Source: Mayamaea pseudoterrestris
Taxonomy: Eukaryota
Length of the DNA: 64,000 bases
Assembly (NCBI GenBank): GCA_027923505.1
Contig: BROI01000022.1
Span: forward strand, 62,001 to 126,000
Direction of reading: 5' to 3'
This document shows, one piece after another, positions 60,009 through 64,000 of the stretch. The notes under the pieces are model-generated. The model was not told the DNA's origin. It made no database searches and saw nothing but the letters and a program-made list of their open reading frames with translations. The position numbers and the translations under genes were made by a program. The first letter of the stretch is position 1; every line of letters starts with the position of its first letter.

Positions 60009-60866
60009 ATGGTTGGCGTTGAATCTGCTGACATCACCCAAAACGACGAGCGATTCGATGATGCTGCTGCGTTTGACGATGATTGGCAACTTCCACTCGA
60101 CTTTCACCTCTTTGCAAACTTTGTTCCGCACAAGGTTTACTACTCGGCGACAAGCTACTTTACGATTGACTGCGTCGAGTCATTGACTCCCATTGACATG
60201 ACGAGCTTGTCATCGGGTGCTCACGATGCGACTGGTTTGTGCGCGTGGAGAGGTGCGTTTCTCTTGGTGGCCATGATGGATGCTCTGCAAGATTTTGTGA
60301 CTGGGAACCGCAACGTCTTGGAACTTGGCTCCGGGACTGGTGTAGGAGGTATTGCTTTACTGAAAGCTGGACTCGCGTCAACCTTGTGCTTCTCCGACGC
60401 TGATCCTGCTGCCATTCAATTGTGTCGACGCAACTGCATCACCAACAACTTGCCTCTGTCATCGTAACACATTGAAGAGTTGCATTGGGGCGAAGCATTG
60501 CCTTTTACAATACAGGCAGCATCATTCGACGCTGTCGTTGCTGCCGACGTCATTTACGATATTGAACTGCTTTCCATTTGCCTCCAGTCGGCAGCCGACT
60601 GCGTGCGCGTCGATGGCTACTTGATTCTTTCACACGTTCCTCGGGCCTGCTGCAAGGCGAATCAGTCTGCTGGTGATGAGAGCTTGGAGCAACTCATTGT
60701 TCGTCGTGCAACGCAAGTTGGATTTGAGCTTGCGACTATTCTACAACCGACTCATGACGCTGAACTGTGGAGAGCACCGAGCGATTCGTTGAATCGTCTC
60801 ATTGGAGGAACCTTTGAGGACATGGTAGAGGTTGATGCGTTAATACTGGTCTTCCAAAAGAAATGA
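60009..60866 (+). pseudogene. METTL21/family-16-type protein lysine methyltransferase interrupted by one in-frame TAA (60465-60467)
   Basis: DATGLCAWRGA, VLELGSGTG, FSD, then in the same frame past the stop LHWG, FDAVVAADVIYD. Confidence 0.75.
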
Positions 60867-61515
60867 TAGTTGTTAGGCTGTTGTTGAAATACATAGAATT
60901 GTAGTAGCAGAGCCAATAAAAAGTTACCCTGCCGGTACCTCATTTACAGATGCAGAACAAAGTTCTTGTGTAGGTTTTATAGTGGATACCCAAGCGAAAT
61001 TCAGCTTGGCAAAAGCAGGCGACATGTAGCGCGTCAAAAACATACTACTCTTCATGGAATGATTGGGTAGACTTTATCGCAATGTGACTCACTGCCAGGA
61101 TGTCACTGTCAATGTCAGTCGTGCCAAACGGATGGTGTCAGTGACGCAAATGGAAATCGGATCGCGTCACGAAGGAACAAGCAGAAGGCGTCAAAGAAAA
61201 TCAGAACCCGCAGCGCCTGCCTTGGAAGGCGAAAGATCGTGCACAAAACCAAACTGCAAGGTACGATGCGCAATATGGATGGATCGTTTTGTCTTGACTT
61301 GATGTTAACCATGAGAGATGAGAGAATGAGAGAGATGGAGAGATGAGAGATGATTCATGGAAGGACGACGAGTCGACGGAACGAGTGGGAAACGTGCGCG
61401 AAGCGACAAGTGTCACGGAATCCTTTCGATGCTGGTGATCAAGACTGACTTTTTCATTCTTCTCTCGCAGGCACAAAGCTTTTGCTATTGAACTTGTTAC
61501 GCTATACAAGTAAAC

Positions 61516-62850
61516 ATGTCATCAGTTGACGATTCCAATCTCATGCCGTCGCTTCCTCCTGGAGCGACTCGCAAGCGCAACGTTCTCGACGTCCTCGAGG
61601 AGCTTGAAAAGCAAGACTCGAACAAGCGCAATGTGCTTGTTCGCGTTGATTTCAACGTTCCCATGAACAAGCAGGGCGAAATTACCGACGACTCGCGTAT
61701 TCGCGGTGCCTTGCCGACGATTGAAACCATTTTGCGTCATGGCTGCAATGCCATTCTAATGTCGCACATGGGTCGTCCCAAGCTGGTGCAAAAGAATGAA
61801 GACAATGAGGAAACTACAAAGGAGAAGGAATCCTTATCGCTCAAGCCAGTGGCGGAACATTTGGGAAATCTTTTGAATCAAGACGTTTTGTTTGCCGACG
61901 ATTGCTTGAATGCGCAAGCAACGATTGATAAGCTTGACGCGAATGGAGGCAGCGTGGCGCTGTTGGAGAATTTGCGTTTCTACAAGCAGGAGGAGAAGAA
62001 CGATAAGGACTTTGCGCAGACGCTGGCTAACTACGCGGATGCCTTTGTCAATGACGCGTTTGGCACTTGCCATCGCGCGCATGCCAGTGTGTCGGGCGTG
62101 CCAGCCTTGCTTGACCCAAAGCTTTGCGGCATTGGATGCTTGGTGGCGAGCGAATTGGCCTACTTGGATTTTTCCAATGTTTCCGACTCGGACAAGATTG
62201 CCGCCATTATTGGAGGCTCCAAGGTTAGCACTAAACTGCCAGTCATTCAAGGCATTTTGAAGAGCGCCAATGTTTTGATTCTTCAAGGAGGACTGGCCTT
62301 TACCTTTTTAAAGGCGCAGGGTATCTCCGTCGGAAGCTCGCTCTTGGAAGATTCCATGATTGATACCGCCAAGGACTTGTTGGAGGAGGCCAAGACAAGC
62401 GGAAAGGAAATGGTGTTGCCAGTTGACGCCGTATGTTCCCAGTCTTTTCCCAGTGGTCCCATGGACAAGGCCGACACGCAAACGTTTGACTTGACACCCG
62501 AGGCTGGCATTCCAGAAGGATGGATGGGACTAGACATTGGTCCGAAATCGGTCGAACTCTTTGCCGAAAAGCTGCAGGGAACGACCAAGATTGTTTTCAA
62601 CGGACCGGCTGGTGTGTTCGAAGTGACACCCTTTGATGAAGGCACGCGTGAATTGGTCAAGACTATTGCTAAGCTAACCAAGGAGGGAACGGTTTCGGTT
62701 GTTGGCGGTGGTGACAGTGTGGCCGCTTTGGAGCAGTTTGGTCAAACGGACTCTGTGAGCTATGTGTCGACTGGAGGTGGAGCGACGCTGGAACTCTTGG
62801 CGGGCGATACATTGCCTGGCGTCGCTGCCATTGCCGATTACGAAGAATAA
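61516..62850 (+). CDS. PGK: Phosphoglycerate kinase (no obvious targeting peptide)
   Basis: VLVRVDFNVP, SHMGRP, LLENLRF, NDAFGTCHRAHAS, GGSKVSTK, GLDIGP, GGGDS, VSTGGGATLELL. Confidence 0.98.
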   Translation: MSSVDDSNLMPSLPPGATRKRNVLDVLEELEKQDSNKRNVLVRVDFNVPMNKQGEITDDSRIRGALPTIETILRHGCNAILMSHMGRPKLVQKNEDNEETTKEKESLSLKPVAEHLGNLLNQDVLFADDCLNAQATIDKLDANGGSVALLENLRFYKQEEKNDKDFAQTLANYADAFVNDAFGTCHRAHASVSGVPALLDPKLCGIGCLVASELAYLDFSNVSDSDKIAAIIGGSKVSTKLPVIQGILKSANVLILQGGLAFTFLKAQGISVGSSLLEDSMIDTAKDLLEEAKTSGKEMVLPVDAVCSQSFPSGPMDKADTQTFDLTPEAGIPEGWMGLDIGPKSVELFAEKLQGTTKIVFNGPAGVFEVTPFDEGTRELVKTIAKLTKEGTVSVVGGGDSVAALEQFGQTDSVSYVSTGGGATLELLAGDTLPGVAAIADYEE

Positions 62851-62983
62851 AAGAAGCTTGATCGATGTCGACTCCTTGAACACCTGCGCCGAACGGCGAA
62901 ACTTTCGTTCATGTTGTTAATCTACGTAATTCACGATTTAAGTACCTTTACAAGGACACGTTTAGAGCATGGTTTAACTTTAT

Positions 62984-64000
62984 TTATAGCAGTCGCAGTG
63001 TTTCGCTTGGTAGTTCCAGCCCCTCCTTCTTCAGCAACGCGTACGCCACCTTTGGTTGCGCGATGGAATGGAGCAAACCCTTCAGCACTAGGCAGTCAAA
63101 CTCATGCTTCGAAAGATCACCCGGCCGCAGTGGTCCAGTAGTCGTTTGCGCCGATGCCGCACTCAAATGCGCCAGTGTAATGGCTGTGGCAACGCTCAAG
63201 TTGAATGATTCAGCAAAGCCCTGCATGGGAAGATAAAATGTCTCGTCGACGAGCTCACGCATTTCATCCGAAATGCCGCGCTCTTCATTTCCCATGACAA
63301 TGCAAATTTGTTGGTCAGCATGTGCTTTCCAGTCAATCGTCCTTATATCTCTGGCCTTTGGATTCACGTCGCTGGCATATAATCGAACATTGTTTCGCTT
63401 CAATGTTGCGACGGCTTCCTTGGCCGACGCGTAGTTGCTCAACGTGAGCCACTGCGCAGCGCCCATGGCGGTCCGCATCCCCCGCTTTTGTGAAAGAGCA
63501 GCCTTGCCTAGATAGCGACCCGATTCAATGACAACGTGAACGTGCTGGACGCCAAAGGATTCAATAGTTCGTAAACAAGCCCATACATTAGATGGGTTGC
63601 TTGGATTTTCAAATAAAAATGAAGTTTGTATGGTCCGTTGGCGGAGAACTCCTCTTATTCGCTCCAGTCGATCAGGCTTGACGTATGGTATTAGCAGTTC
63701 TGTCGCTTTTGGGACAGAGTCTGGCGATAGTTGTTCCCAAGCTGCAGCATGTTGATTGATTTGCTCGAGCGCAACTTGATCCTTGGCGGCTTCTTCCTGC
63801 ACGACGCGTTGCAACTCCTCCTCGTTGTTAGTGATAAAAGTCCGACTGCTTTCAAAGCGATCGTCCCACTTGGGACTTTCTCCGAATTCGAATCGCTCCC
63901 ATTCAAGTGTAGTTGATTGCTGTTGATTGGATTTTCGTTTCCGTGGCGAGGAACCAGCGTACAATCGACACGAAAAAGGCTTTACAAATGACCTTTTTGA
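62984..64000 (-). CDS. SpoU/TrmH-family RNA 2'-O-methyltransferase, 5'-truncated by the window edge
   Basis: ENPSNPSNVWACLRTIESFG, IVMGNEERGIS, LPMQGFAESFNLSVA (SPOUT motifs). The frame is open to base 64000. Confidence 0.9.
   Translation of the reverse strand, partial: SKRSFVKPFSCRLYAGSSPRKRKSNQQQSTTLEWERFEFGESPKWDDRFESSRTFITNNEEELQRVVQEEAAKDQVALEQINQHAAAWEQLSPDSVPKATELLIPYVKPDRLERIRGVLRQRTIQTSFLFENPSNPSNVWACLRTIESFGVQHVHVVIESGRYLGKAALSQKRGMRTAMGAAQWLTLSNYASAKEAVATLKRNNVRLYASDVNPKARDIRTIDWKAHADQQICIVMGNEERGISDEMRELVDETFYLPMQGFAESFNLSVATAITLAHLSAASAQTTTGPLRPGDLSKHEFDCLVLKGLLHSIAQPKVAYALLKKEGLELPSETLRLL

Overview
Eukaryotic, gene-dense DNA, very probably a diatom (inferred from short GT-AG introns, bipartite signal+'AF' plastid leaders and an LHC/fucoxanthin-chlorophyll protein). 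About 22 protein-coding genes lie between and after two large CpG-depleted tandem-repeat blocks. The first block is a 174-bp satellite (405-8734). The second is a composite block (47972-59763) of a 347-bp palindrome-bearing satellite, a ~182-bp satellite, ~310-bp direct repeats and a decayed Pro/Ser-repeat array. Genes include an aldo-keto reductase, cupin, cyclin, tropinone-reductase-like SDR, PHD/PZP protein, two tandem ZIP transporters, carnitine acyltransferase, WW protein, phytochelatin synthase, ORC6-like protein, kinesin, PEMT/ICMT-like methyltransferase, FG-GAP membrane protein, Chk2-like kinase, LHC, OTU protease, PGK and a TrmH-like methyltransferase. The most striking result is a single spliced ORF (~1,680 aa) joining a kinesin-4-type motor to an apparently complete PRC1/MAP65/Ase1 microtubule-crosslinker module. 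Next are a ZIP paralogue with rewired metal-site ligands, and satellite palindromes kept perfect by compensatory substitutions. All family calls come from motif recognition by eye; no database searches were run.
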